This document shows, piece by piece, positions 14,160 to 27,038 of a stretch of 43,140 nt of DNA. Numbering within the stretch: position 1 is the stretch's first letter; each line of letters begins with the position of its first letter. The position numbers were made by a program, and so were the translations under genes. The notes under the pieces were generated by a model, which had not been told where the DNA came from, made no database searches, and worked only from the letters and a program-made list of their open reading frames with translations. The stretch is from NCBI GenBank assembly GCA_051294375.1, contig CM119270.1, positions 6,644,736-6,687,875 on the forward strand, written 5' to 3'. Source of the stretch: Paraspadella gotoi. Lineage: Eukaryota > Animalia > Chaetognatha.

Positions 14160-14578
14160 TGTGGGAGGCGGCAACAAGGTATTTTTGTAAGAACAAGAAG
14201 AGGGAAAAGTAAGCAAAGAGGGAAGGGTAGGATGGAAAAAGAAGTTTGTGGTGTGGGTTTTTTCTTAGAAAGTTTATCAGAGATAAACAGAGAAGCTGAA
14301 GGGAGGCAAGCGAGAGCGTGTATATATGGGGGGGGTGGCAGGAGAACAATAGAAAGTCAAATGCCTCAGATCGCTAAGTTATTACAAATGGTATTAGTAG
14401 AGAGAGGGTAACGTTTGACTAGTAAAGGCTCAAGCAGTTTTGACCATAACAAGACATAAGATATAGGGGGAGAATGAGGACGAGGTAACAAGAAAGAGTT
14501 GGATTAGGAGAAAGTACTAGATGGTGATAGAACCTAACGAGTAAGTGTGGTATAGATGTTAAGTAACCAGATACCACA
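14160..14578 (-). repeat. 3' LTR (insertion-inflated, noisy copy)
   Basis: Colinear, insertion-rich match to 20135-20354, e.g. 14345-14450 aacaatagaaagtcaaatgcctc...attacaaatggtatt...ttttgaccataa. The right boundary is approximate. Confidence 0.7.
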
Positions 14579-14999
14579 TGGCAACAAAAGAGCCTTTGAC
14601 AGGGGAGATGAGAAGAGGAAGGCTTGAAAGGTTATAAATAGAGATATGCGATCGATACGATTTTATCAGGATAAGTCAGTCTGATCCAGGCGAGACTTGA
14701 AGCATCGTACGGAAAGGAAGAATTAATAAGACCACGGAGTTGCATGAAAGAATAATGATGACGAGCACATAGCGGCCGATCGTGGAGAACCAGCGCAGTG
14801 GCGCCAGCTTTCCGTTTCTGCGAGGCGGGGGCATAGACTGGAGTGCTAGGAAGCAAGCAAGGCGAGCCCTCTCCTGAAGATCGGCCTGGCGGTGGATCAG
14901 GGAGTGCACACTTGCCGTTATCGCCGTGGACCGGAGCTGGGCTGAGCACGGGGCGGAGGCCACCGTGTCGAGAACACACGGCCCATCGACGGTGGTTAA

Positions 15000-17900
15000 G
15001 GTGATGGCGAGACGTATCGATCGGTGACGGAAAAGAGTTTAGTCGTACTGAAGAGAGATTTAGAAAACGGACGAGAGATAATATATGACGATTTTGGAAG
15101 TTTTGGGACCACGTTCGAGGGGACGTTGTAAGATTAGGCAGTCGTAGAGGTGTTAAGAGGCGGCGTCGAGGATTAGTCACGTTAGCGAGTCGAAGACGTA
15201 GAGCGGTCGTAAGGTAGCGAGCATTTTCCGGCACCGGATGAAGAGGTGGCGGCCGCACGATGCTAAGCGGCGGGACAGAAGGTTGCAATGAGAGCAACAT
15301 CTGCACGAGAGATTGTCGAGGCATAGAGAAAAGCACAAAAAGGAGCGGTTGGAAAGACGAACAGTGGTTGTATGGAGCTAGAGAGAAGAGAAGGAAAGCG
15401 GCCAGGATGCGCGAAGAAGGAGAAGTAGGCTGCTCCAGGGAGCGTCAGAGTCCTGCGCCAGCGTTAGCTCTGCGGGGGAGGGTCCGAATTTTTGCTATCT
15501 CGCGGAGTCTGGCGAAGGTCAAAGACGGCCATGGAAGTGCGCCAGCAAGTTATGTCCGCGCGGCGATCGAGCGGGCGCCGCAGTGCTGCCTTTAGCGATC
15601 CGATGAACGGGGCGGTACATGACCCGTTGATTCGGGGGTGGTAGGGGCGGGCTCGTCTGGTGGAGCAGGGAGCCCGAGCCAAATATCCTCGAGGCCGCAA
15701 CTAGAGCGCCAAGAATTCGAAGGTAATTGGGGCACGATTGGATGGGACAAATAGGGGGGAGTGCGGAGGGATGACGAACACCAAAGTCGAGAGGACGAGG
15801 TGTTTGCAAGGAAAGGCGGGCGGCGACGGATGGCGAGCGAGGGTGTGTCAGAGTGGTCGCGGCTATCCGGCATGCGCGTGAAGCGGTCAAATCATAACGT
15901 CAGAAGATGAGTATAAAGAGCCGAGCAACGAACGGCTGGACAGGATCAGCACAAGGTCGATATGGAGTAGGAGGAAACGCTCTTGGTGGTGGGTGTCGAA
16001 ATTTCTGGAGCGGCGCGCGGAGCGTGGCGCTTAGGCGTCTTGGGCGCTGACAGTGCTCGCATGACGCTGGCCACATCGTGCGATGTCGGATGAGGCCTGA
16101 TGGCCCCATCCGAGCGTCGTCACGAGCTTTTTGGAGTGCGCGAACTCCCGGATGAGCGATGCATGGGATGGCGTCGAAAACGCCGCCGGCGCCCCTGACG
16201 CGTGGAACAAGTGGAGTGCCCGGGAGCCGGAGCATCACAAATGAAGTGTCGTCGTTGACTGATCGGGACAGTTTTGAGACGGAGAGCGACCGTATGAGGG
16301 CGTTTGAGAGACAGCTGGAACATCGTCAACCTGGCTTGGATCAGCCGCCATGTGCCCATCGAAGATTGACTTGCGGAGGGCGCTCCGAGCGGCGTATGCA
16401 GTGGATCTGACAGGCGGCAATGTCTCTCATACAGACATCCTCCTATATCTCGCGGAAAGCGCTTCGGAGGCTAGGCTTCAGGCTCGACTCTGAACCGTTG
16501 GCCGATGTGGACTTGGCGAGCTAGGAAGCGTGCGGGGCGGGCGAGCAGGGCGATCGGCGACGATCGTTGCGCTATTCGACCAGGACGTACCATTGAGGAA
16601 CTGGATGTCGCCGGTGGTGATTAGCGCGGTGCCGCCAACTGCGTAAAGGCTTGCCTCAGGTGTGAGGATTATCTGTGCTTTATCTTCGCGTAGGCCAGGC
16701 CAACAGCGCGAGATGTGAGTACCGCTGAAGACGTGAAGCGGGCGTCCTTCGACAGTATGGGGCGGAAATGGGGATACGTGCATGAGGACAGCGAGAACTC
16801 CTTGTCGACCTATGCCGTTTAGGCGCAATTCTTGTGATCCCGCTGGGGTTTTTGGTTTCTTACCAGTGGTTTGGAGTGTTGAACCAACTAATAGTGGGAG
16901 GTATTGACCAACTGAGCGCCATGTGAAGCGGCGAGGACTGGTTCGAGAGGGGACTAATTCAGGGAGACAGTCGCAAGGCGCGCGACGATTCGCGAGGAGT
17001 GCTCGGAGATCTAAGTCCGGCGAGAGGGCGCGCGCGTAGATCGGGAATAGGACCGACGCATTGTGGAGGATCGGCGAGGGCGTCCTTGAATTGAGGTGGA
17101 AGGCGGACGGGTACTGTAGCGGCGCCAAGGTCGACCGCACAATTGTGGTTAGGCGCGCGGGATTTTCCCGGAAGAAAACATTTCAAAAGAAGAATGTTAA
17201 GGGATAATCAGCAGCGTGATGTGACCAGACGTGGGCATAGAAATCGGGGCGATAGTATAGTTGAACAACAGCAGAGGAAAACTTGTGATGGAAAGTTCAT
17301 TTGAGAACACGTAGTTGGAGAACGTCGAAGCCATAACGTTCGCGTAATGCTACTAACTTCGAGCCACAGGAAAAGACATGGGCGGACGCCCATCCTGTCC
17401 TCGAACAAATGATTGTTGTGAGAACGCAGGCGGCAAGTAGACTATCAGAGCGAAGAGGCTGGGAGGCACCCGAAAACGCATTTAGCGCGGTTGACGATAA
17501 GGCCGTGTCGGCGAGGCGGCGTTGAAGACCGCTTGAGATCTCCTTGATGCTCTTCTGTGTGAGTGAGATGCCACAAGAAGGTCATCTAAGTAAACGAAGA
17601 CGTGGGATATGCCCGCTTAGAACTGGTCCATCGATCGTTGGAAGTCCTGGCCGGCGTTTTTCAACCCAAACGGCATGAAGAGGAACTCATAAAGCCGAAC
17701 GTGCGTGATGATCGCCGTTTTGTGGCGATCGTTCTTTCGCGACAGGGATCTTATAATATCCCTTGCAGAGGTCTATCTTCGGTAGAATGACTGTCTTCCC
17801 GGCGACGTCGGCGTGAAGTCCATGAGGTGGCGGATTCGGTAACGATCGGTTCGACGGTGACGCCGTTGGAGGCGTCGGTAGTCGCACATGGACGAAGAGA

Positions 17901-18590
17901 GCCATTGCGGTTTTCGGGTGACTGTAGCGGCGACGCCCAGCAGACGTTGACGTCGGATAATCCGGTTCCAGCATTTCTCGACTCCGCCTTGGCGGCGGCG
18001 AGCTGATCGGGGCGAGCGGCGGGCGCGGCGAAGACGGGCGGACCTTTCGTCTGGTAGGTGATGCTCGGTACGCCGTGCTTGGGTGCGCCGATTGAAAGAC
18101 AGTTCGTAGTTCCGGTCGCCCGTCGAGAAGATCCGGATGGTAGGCGTCGGCGGACTGTGCAGGCACGCGAGGCGGCGCAGCGGCGGCGTCGTGAGATGGC
18201 CGGTTAGACCATGTCACGTCGAGATCGAGAAGTATTCGGCGTTGGTGATCAACGCCGAGATGATGTCCATCAAAAAGTCGGCGGCCGAGAATGGGCGTGG
18301 CGACGTCGGCGATGATGACGAGATAGGGGAAAAGACTGCGTTTCCCAATTCTAATCCCCATCTCTCGGATGGCGAAAGTTTCGATGGGCGTGTCGTTAGC
18401 GGCGCGGAAGTGGCGGGGGCGTAGCGGGGCGAGCGGCGCTTTGACGGGCTGGGGTCCGCCGTTTCCGGCGGCGCGGTCAGCGGCAGAGGCGGGGCATGAG
18501 CGTCGCCTCGGAGCGCCGCGACGAGCCACTCCAGGCCAGCGTCAGGGTCGCGCACTAAGAATAGCTTCGAGTCGTTTCGGCCAGCGCGCG
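15000..18590 (-). pseudogene. pol: Retrotransposon pol (protease, RT, RNase H, integrase), many frameshifts
   Basis: Protease: LFLVRDP..EWLV, AANDTPIETF, IADVATPILG/ADFL. RT: KIDLCKGYYKIPVA, F.MPFGLKNAG, FVYLDDLLVAS (YLDD at 17581-17592). RNase H: VEGRPLHVF, DIQFLNG..IVAD. Integrase: zinc-binding AHPGVRA..CEHCQR and core YHPRING/SLKAALR. The dense indels look like long-read errors rather than decay. The left boundary is approximate. Confidence 0.9.
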
Positions 18591-18595
18591 GGCAA

Positions 18596-19613
18596 CTAGC
18601 GCCGTGGCGTTGCATTTGACGGCGCCATTGGGCATGGGCGGCCGTCCGGTAGTCCCGTGCACTTAAACGCCGTTGGGCAAAGTTGTAATGGTAGAAGCAC
18701 TGGCTTCTCCCCATGGGCGTTCGCGGTGTGGAAGGAGCGCGGGGCGTTAATTGGGCGACGTTGCCTGTTGAGTCGCTGCTGCATTGGTCGCTGCTGCGAT
18801 GGCGCTGCTGCACGAAGGGTCGCTGCGTTGAGCGCGGCGTGGTCGCGCACTGCATTTGCATAAAGATGCGCCATGTCGTCGTCGCCTGCTGACAACTGGA
18901 AGCTCAGTGGCTCGTCACTGTGGCCTCGATGGAAGGTGAGGCGTTTACGTGGATGCGTTCGGTCAGAGCTGCGGATTGTCCCGGAGGGTGAGAAAACTGT
19001 CGGCATCCTTGGCGATGTCGCGGGTCTTTTTGTCTTCCTGACGGCGTGCTCTCTGACGCTTTGAGGGAGGGCGGTGGCCAAGATGGCGCCTTGACATTTT
19101 TCATGGTGGAGGTCCTTCCAGGACGGCATCGGAGCGCGGAAGGTGTTGAGATGGAGTGACGTCCATTCAGCGACGGTCATCTTCAACGCCTTTGCGGCGC
19201 GCCGTTGGCATCTCACCATAGATCTTCTGGAGGTGAGAACCGAGGTTCTTGGAGCTCGGGACTTTCGTCGATGCGTTAGACCGTGTGGAATTAGCCGGTG
19301 GGGTGAGATGGGAATGGCGCTGAGGATCAGCGCCTTCTTTTTTTAACCGGCTCATGCGCAACGGTGGCCGAATTCCACGCGGTGTGGTCTAGCCATTCCT
19401 CGATGTGGTCGGGGTCAAAGGTCGTCAGCTTTGGGTTTTCGTCGTCTTGTCGCGTGTGACGGGCAGGTTGAGGTTGCCCACAGCGGCGGCGTCCTGGCGC
19501 GCCTCACCGAGGGGGCACTCCGTTTGAAGCCGTACTTGCGTCCGCTGCGGAATTCGTCTTTCGTGACCGCGGCGATTTGGTATGATGTCGAATACATTTG
19601 GAACAGTTTTCAT
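18596..19613 (-). pseudogene. gag: Retrotransposon gag (frameshifted in this sequence)
   Basis: N-terminal KLTTFDPDHIEEWLDH (~19385-19432) resembles the KLPPFW..W motif. The C-terminal knuckle, reconstructed across one frameshift, is CFYHYNF(G)PTAFKCTGLPDGRPC (18632-18699). The start position is uncertain. Confidence 0.75.
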
Positions 19614-20116
19614 TTGCTATTTCGAGGGGCGTCGCGGATGTCGAGGCGGCGGGCGTCGGTGGAATGCGTCGTCGGGCGGCCGCGCTGTCGGATTGGGAGG
19701 CGTTGCGCGTGTGTCACCGCATGTCGTTCTCTCGTCGGCGGGCGTTGGAGGGCGTGTGACGCTTGGGTGGATGAGAACGCGGCATTAAAAATAAATATTA
19801 TTTACTTTTGAAAAAATTATTGCCTGAAAAGAAAGGTATGTTCGCTTTAAAAAAAATGATTAATTAAAAAAAAATATATGTTTCAAATGAAGAGTTCATT
19901 GGCAAAAAACGATTCGAATCGAGAGAATTTGAGAGAGAAAAAAAAGAATTTTGGCAAAAAACGGTAAAAGTTCCTTTTGAGTCGATTTAAATAAAAAATT
20001 AATTAAATAAAAAAATGGTTTGCATTAAAATTGTTCGGCGAATTTTTTGAGAGTAGTTTTCCTTTTGTTTTTGTTTTTTGTTTTTTTGTTTTGTTTCGTT
20101 TTTTTCTATATTTTTT

Positions 20117-20133
20117 TCACGTCGGGCTCACAC
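20117..20133 (-). other. Primer-binding site, tRNA-Trp type
   Basis: + strand TCACGTCGGGCTCACAC closely matches the eukaryotic tRNA-Trp 3' end TCACGTCGGGGTCACCA and lies immediately inside the 5' LTR. Confidence 0.75.
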
Positions 20134-20134
20134 G

Positions 20135-20354
20135 TGTGACCGCAACAGTTCAAAGTAAGATGATTTATCTCAACAACGTTATAACAATAACAGTCAAATG
20201 CTCAATGCTATCTATTACAATGGTATTTACAAGGTCAACGTTGACCATAAAGGTCAACCGTTTTACCATAAATAAGTTGGGGAAAATGAGCAGGTAAGGT
20301 TTTGGTAAGTCATGTGGTTTGACCAACGTTGCGTGTTCTAGATGTTCGTCCACA
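20135..20354 (-). repeat. 5' LTR (~220 bp)
   Basis: On the + strand it reads TGTGACCGCAAC...GATGTTCGTCCACA. Blocks such as aacaat..agtcaaatg, attacaatggtatt, gtttt(g)accata, gggg..aatgag and tagatgtt recur in the same order at 14160-14578. Confidence 0.85.
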
Positions 20355-20547
20355 ATTTCACGGTTTCGCTCCGTCACGACAGACGTTGGTGCCTCACGTG
20401 AACGCCACTTGTGAAATCGAGACAAAGCAAAATAAATACACCAAAGGATTTTTTTTTCAACATTTTTTTCACTTAACTCTCTCTTTTTTGGATGACAAAT
20501 ATTCATTATTCTAGTTCCCCCGCTATCTTCTTTTCTCTCTCTCTCTC

Positions 20548-20602
<55 letters not shown>

Positions 20603-21815
20603 ATCTCTCTCTCCATCCCACGACCACCGACATTCAAACAGAGCTTCACACAGCCGAGGCACCCAGCGCCTCACAAACTGACGGCTTTTATAATCGGAAT
20701 AAAACTTTCCACCTCATTTTCTCTCGCCATGGATTTGCAATGATATCTGGATTCCCAACGACTCTCGGGTATTTTCTAGGACACAAGAATGTTTGTTATT
20801 ATTGTTAGTTTTTTCCTATGATGGATTTGCACGATAGGTTATTTTTAGTTAATTTTAAAATGCGTGAAAAAGACAAAAAATTAAAATATGTAAAAGACAA
20901 AAAAAAATATTAAAAGTAGAAAAGCTTCTCTAGTCATATACAACCTTAAAAAACTTGTAAACATAATAATTCGAAAAACCGGAAAAGTTCACACCCCCCA
21001 CTTTTTTTAGTCGATGGTAAGTTTCGATTTTAAATATTCTTTCTTTTTTTTTCAGTTGATATTTACGGGAAAAAACGATTCTAAGCGGACATAAACAACG
21101 CAGATAAAAGAGCAGAGGATAAACAAAAGAGATAAACAAAAGGGATGAAATAAAAAAAAGAAAACAAAAAAAATATTTTTTTTTAAAAAAGAAAACGAAA
21201 CAAAAGCGAAACTAAAGGATTTCTAAAAAAAACTCAAAAAAAAAAAAAGTTGGAAGAAGTATATTCTACCTAAAATATAAAAGAATATTATCATTAACAA
21301 CAAAAAACAGAAAACAAAAGGCAAAACGTCTCGGCCACAACGAAAAAAAACAGAAAACAAAAGCGCCACGAGCGTAAAGATAAAAAGAAAAAGGAGATAA
21401 AACAAAAGATAAAAGAGACAAACGAAAGAGATAAAAACCCGATTTCCACGACGAAAATCGGTTGAGGTCGAGAAGTCCGTCCGAAATACAGGGGGGGGGT
21501 GGAAGGGAGAGATGTTGTTGTTGTTGTAGACGTTGGCATCGATTCGTAGCTTTAGTTAATTATGTTCCAACTTCATTGAATTAAATAGATTTTAAAAAGC
21601 CATAATTAATAAACGAAGGAGACGATGTGAATAAAAAAAAACAAATAAACGTCAACAATGACAATGACAATGACAATGGTTATGACGACTGACAATGACG
21701 AGTTTTTTAAGATGACATGAATGAAAACATGACAATAACAGTGAATATGGTAATGACAGTGGTGTCAATGGCGATGAATGTGCTATTGAATGTGTGTATG
21801 AAGACGGGATCCCGG

Positions 21816-21905
<90 letters not shown>
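21816..21905. repeat. Perfect (GAC)30 microsatellite
   Basis: Uninterrupted run; another (GAC)n at ~27491-27542. Confidence 0.97.
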
Positions 21906-21906
<1 letters not shown>

Positions 21907-24319
21907 TCAATGGCGTCATAAGCGACGACGGTCGACGGTTGACGTCACCCTTCAAAAAAAAAATTATCTGCCAAGAGAAATAGAGTTCACGGGAAGATCA
22001 AGACTCAGACGCTCGACGCTTTTCACAACGTGACACGCGGCGTTCGCTCGTGACACTCATTTCGCAAGTGACAGGCAGGGTTAGCGCGTGACACGAGAGA
22101 AAGGCGGGGACGTCCCCGAACGATTGCGGATGACATGTGAGGTTCACACTCGATGCTCAGTTTTCAATTCACGCGATAGATTTTGGTTTTAACTTCAATT
22201 TAGGCAGAACTTTAATACGTCTTTCAAAATGACTGGAAAAGCCCAGTTATTTAAAAAAGAAAAGAATGAGAAAGCACAAAACGTTAAGTAAGGCTAATGT
22301 AATGTAATGTAAATGTAACTTTTGATAGATTCATATATATAAAAACAAGTCAATTTTATTATTGATTTATTACTCAATTCCGGAGATCATATTCTTCAAG
22401 TCTGCTTTGGACTTTTCTTTCGTTAAAATATTAAAGCATTACAATTTGGTATTTCTTTCCTTTTTCTTGAAAAAAATAACTCGTAATATAAAATCCTTGA
22501 TAATTAAAGATTAATTAATTAAGGATTTGAGATAAACAAAATTATTATTAATCCGTATCGCGAACAACATTTTATCAGCATCAGCAAAAGAAGCTGAGGA
22601 GATAGAGAAGAAAAGGAGCAGCGCGCGTCAACGAATTTCTCGCCACGAGAAATTAGGAGCAGGAGAGAGAGAGATCGAGAGAAGAGAGAGGAAGAGAGAG
22701 AGATAGAGAGAGAGAAGAGACGAGAGAAAGAGAAGAGGAGAAGAGAGAGAGATGATGAGAAAGAAGAGAGTAGAGAGATAAGCAGCACGGACTCGATATA
22801 GCCATTCTCGAATGATCAGTCTGCAGCATCCGTTCTCGGAGGCGAGGAAACATCCTTCAATCTTCCTCCATTTGTAGCGAAATTTCGGCGAATTGTATAT
22901 ACGAGCCGAGCGCAGCGCGAGCGCGTAGAGAGGGGAGGAATAGCAGAACGAGTACAGATGAGAGCAGGGGCAGGAAGTGGTGACAAATGAAGAGAAGAGC
23001 GACTAGAGAATCGAGCAGAGTGATGGATGTTATGAGAACGGCATCCGACATGTAATAATGGTATATATATATACTATAGATATGCATAAGCGTAGACTAC
23101 GAGTATTACTTCTGAGACTCGGAGGACTACATATGTTCAGATCCGAGAGCTGAAGCGAGAGATAGAGATAGCAGTAGCAAAATGAGAGGGAGAATATGAG
23201 GAAGAAGAGAGACGCGAGGATCACGAGAGACGGTAGACGCTGACATTTCTCATATCTGCTGCGCTAGAATCGCTGTATCGTTCTGATGTACTTTATTTTA
23301 ACTTAAAAATATAACTCAAATTTAAATCTGCTACTTATTTTCGGACTTTTGAATCACAGTTCTACTGCCAAAGGTTAAACTTAATTTACTCCCACGTCCA
23401 GATCCCCAGTTGTCACCTTACATCTGCTCTTTTCCGGTTTTTTTTTTCACCCTTCAATTTTTTACATTTTTTATCTTTTCTTTTTCTTTCCTCCTTCCAG
23501 TTCTTTATTTTTCATTTTTCCCCACGTCTGATTTCTCATGTTTCGTTTTTATGCTAAGTTTCGTCGATTCCCCTTTTCTTTCCTTCATTCCACCAGAAAA
23601 AAACATTCGCTTCATTTTTAGTTGCGCCGCGAGTACTCGCGGAGCAACTCTATAAGTCAATTTTCGGTCGGTATGTCTGTCCGTCGGTCTGTCCCACTTA
23701 CGTTAAAAATGCATATAGTTTGCCTATAATTGATTGCTCCTTTGTTAAGACAGAAAAAAAAACCTCAAATCTAAGAGATTGCTAGCTCCGCCCAAAGAAA
23801 TTCCTAAATCTATAAAGAATAAAAGACGGAAATTTGATGCAGTGCATGTCATAAATGCACAGGCTAAAAAATTCATGCAAAAATAAAGTTACTGTGGTGC
23901 AACACATTGGAATTACCCATCTTGTTTTCCTTTCTTCTACATCTACTCCCCTTTTTTCCTTACTCATCTCCCCTCCTGATTTCGCCAAAAAAATCCTTTC
24001 TCATGTTTTTTTCTTCATTTACTTTTCTAACTTTTCTAACCCCCCTATTTTCGATTTCCCTATTTCACTTTTTTTCCCAATCGCTCCAAATTCTTCACCC
24101 CTTCCGCCCCACTTTCACTTTCCACTCCAACATCCACAGTCCTTCCTTCCACCCTTTCACCGCTCCACCCATCCATGGCCTCCAACTCTACATCCCTGCC
24201 CAACATCGCATCCTGTCGTCCACTTCGTCCCCAGCGCCAAGAGTTGGGAATGGAGACCTCTCTCTCTCTCTCTCTCTCTCGCTCTCTCTCTCTCTCGCTC
24301 TCTCTCTCTCTCGCTCTCT

Positions 24320-24361
<42 letters not shown>

Positions 24362-25365
24362 ATTTCGCCAGACGAAGGATTTTTTCTCGTTCTCGTTTTT
24401 CTCGTTTCTCGTTTTTCTCGTAACTAAATTAATATTAAAAAATTAAGACAACGTCGTCTGGGGAAGAAGGAAATGAGAAATAAGATTATCGAGTTTTCCT
24501 GAGGAAATAAAAAGAAAAGACGAAGTGAAAGGATTAGAACTACAAATTGAAAATAGAATGAGAAAAGATCGGATGATTGAATAAACGAAATACTTGACAG
24601 ACAGACAGGCACAGACAGACAGTGGGACAGGCAGACTGGCAGACAGACCAACAAATAGACACCAAAGTAAAATAAAAACGTTAAAAAAGAATAAGAGTGA
24701 GAAGCATAAGAATCGGAAATAAATAGAAAAGGAAAGTAGAGTTGGAGTTAAAGATTAATTGGAAGACAAGGAAAGGGCTGCTCTGTCATCTCCTCTCTTC
24801 TACTCTCTCGCTCCCCCTGTTTTTCTCTCGTCCTCGACTTATCTTTCCTTTTTCTCCTCTTTTGTTTGTTTCATGTGTTTTCATATTTCACGTTTTCTTC
24901 TTTGTCCTTGCCCTTCTGGAATTAGTATTCATATCTTCCCGTCTCTGGAAGTATTTGCGTCTCCCAAACTTTTCTCCAGGATCTTTTAAGCCGAACTCAT
25001 TGTTTTCCACCACAAAAGATGCATCGCTGACTGGGTGTTAAACTGGTTTATATTGCCTTTTTATCTCATTACGTTGCTCGTGATATTGTTGAAGGTTTTT
25101 ATAGGTGAGGCTTTATGCTGTAATCCAGTGGGAATAGCCTGTATGGATTGTACTGAATACTTTTAATATTGTTCTTGACAAAACATACTATCTGAGCTAA
25201 TTTAACATCGGCCAATTTCAACTGTTTACGGCACATACGGTATTCCGTGATGCGAAAAATCACGATTAATTTCTTTGCTGAGCCTAATATCTGTCTTATT
25301 AAAACCAACTCCAGGTCGGCAAAAATTTCACGCGAAGGTGTAAGTGTTTCTCCCCCTCCTCTCTT

Positions 25366-25397
<32 letters not shown>

Positions 25398-26499
25398 CCG
25401 ACTTCTCTAGTTTATCTCTACGTTCACGGGCGTGTGAAATGGTTAATTTTCTTTTCTCTCCACGGGGATGTTGTATGATGTGGACTCAAGAATTCTGTAG
25501 GATAAAGAAAAGAAATATCTTCTCAAAAACAACCCAGAGTCTCGAAATATCTCCCCGCTCCTCTTCCCCCAGCTACTCCTCCCCAAAAAAAAACCCAAAA
25601 CCCCGTTCAGACCGAAGGCGACTCAGTCGGGATGATTTTTTAGAAAAAAAACAGTTTTTTCCATGGCATAGAAATCGAATAACACATTTTTATTAGTATT
25701 ATTTAAATAATATTATTTCAGTCACTCCTTCATCTTACACTTTTTCATACACTTTCAAACATGCCATTCACAGCAAGCTCGCGAGTGATCCAGAGAGAGA
25801 GAGATGATGAGAGAGAGAGAGAGAGATCGAAGGAGAGAGATGAGATGGACGCCGAGGAGGAGAGAGATGGAGAGAGAGAGTAGAGAGACGAAGAGATGCT
25901 TTTTCTTTTTGTATTAAGTTCCAGAGATTTCCGTTCCCTTTGGCCTTCGCTCTCTCTTTCTCGTTCACGCCCGNNNNNNNNNNNNNNNNNNNNNNNNNGA
26001 GGAATGTATAGAACGAAAAAAAATGTTTATATGTGGTTTTGACGAAATCGGGAAAGTAAGGAAAACTAGATATTTAATTTAAGCAAAATAATTTCTTCAT
26101 GTAAATGGCGGAATTAAAAGTAAGAAAATATTGAAATATAAAATAAGTAAATGGAATAAATAAATGTAACAAATACAAGTTTGAAAAAAAAAGGGAGCAG
26201 TTGGTATAAATTAAAGGTAAAATGTTAATGAAAGATAAATATTATAATTTAGAAAAAAGACGAGAGAAGAAAATTTGAAAAAATGAATATTACTATTGGT
26301 AATTGGGTTTTAACTAATGGAAGAGTAAAGAAGGAGGAAGAAAAAGCAGAAGAAAAGGAATAAAGCAGAGGGACAAATAAGAAATGGGTAAAGTTGAATC
26401 GCGAGAGGCAAAGAGCCCTGATCCCCTCTTGAGTGGCGCTCAGGAAGAAGGCGGGAAAGAAGAGATGGAAAGAGATATCGTTAAATCAGGAAATGATGA

Positions 26500-26531
<32 letters not shown>

Positions 26532-27038
26532 AGAAAAAAAAAAGAAAGGAAACAGAAAAGAAAAAGAAAAGAAAGAAGAAAAAGATAATGAAAGAAAGAT
26601 AAGAAAGAAAGAAAGAGAAGAAAGAAAAGAAAGAAAAGAGAAAAAAAAAAAGAATTAAAAAAAGAGATTAATTAATTTGATTTAAGTATTATCCAATTAA
26701 TATTTTACTGGAAAATAACATTTCATCCTTAGGGATATCACAGTCATTCCTCCCAGACGACACCGAAGTGGCCGAATTTTTTAGTTGCTTGTTTTTTTTT
26801 TGTTTTTGTTTTTGTTTTCTTTCCCGCGTTTGTTTATGTTTCTTATAGCAACCTCGTTTCCACTCTTAATCATAAACGAAATCCCGATCCCCGATTTTCC
26901 TCTCCCGCGTTTGCCGGTTTCCATGGCGACGCGCCAAGCTTCGACCTTCATTAAGCGCGTTCGCTCGCAATCGGGCGGAGAGGCTGAGATGCTTTGGTCT
27001 TTGAGAGAGAGAAACGAAGCGCTAGCTAATTTTCTCAG

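Larger units (their letters stand above)
14160..20354 (-). mobile_element. Full-length Ty3/Gypsy LTR retrotransposon, CsRn1/Kabuki/Boudicca-like
   Basis: GC-rich island in an AT-rich background with Gag-PR-RT-RNaseH-IN motifs in Gypsy order on the minus strand. Direct terminal repeats start TGTG and end CCACA. ATTT follows the right end (20355-20358) and a noisy ATT(GG)T precedes the left end (14154-14159). A tRNA-Trp-like PBS lies next to the 5' LTR. Confidence 0.93.

Noticed and set aside
15260-19811. Plus-strand ORFs inside the retroelement
   Set aside because: Antisense shadows of GC-rich gag-pol with no motifs.
14160-20354. TIR-bounded DNA transposon or bacterial horizontal insert (GC-rich island)
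   Set aside because: The ends are direct repeats with only short TGTG/CACA inverted termini, and the content is Gypsy gag-pol.
21707-22033. Poly-Asp/Arg/Ser ORFs
   Set aside because: A (GAC)30 microsatellite open in multiple frames on both strands; no splice or homology support.
22620-23280. Unusual low-periodicity GA-rich sequence
   Set aside because: It looks like noisy raw-read gap fill; nothing interpretable.
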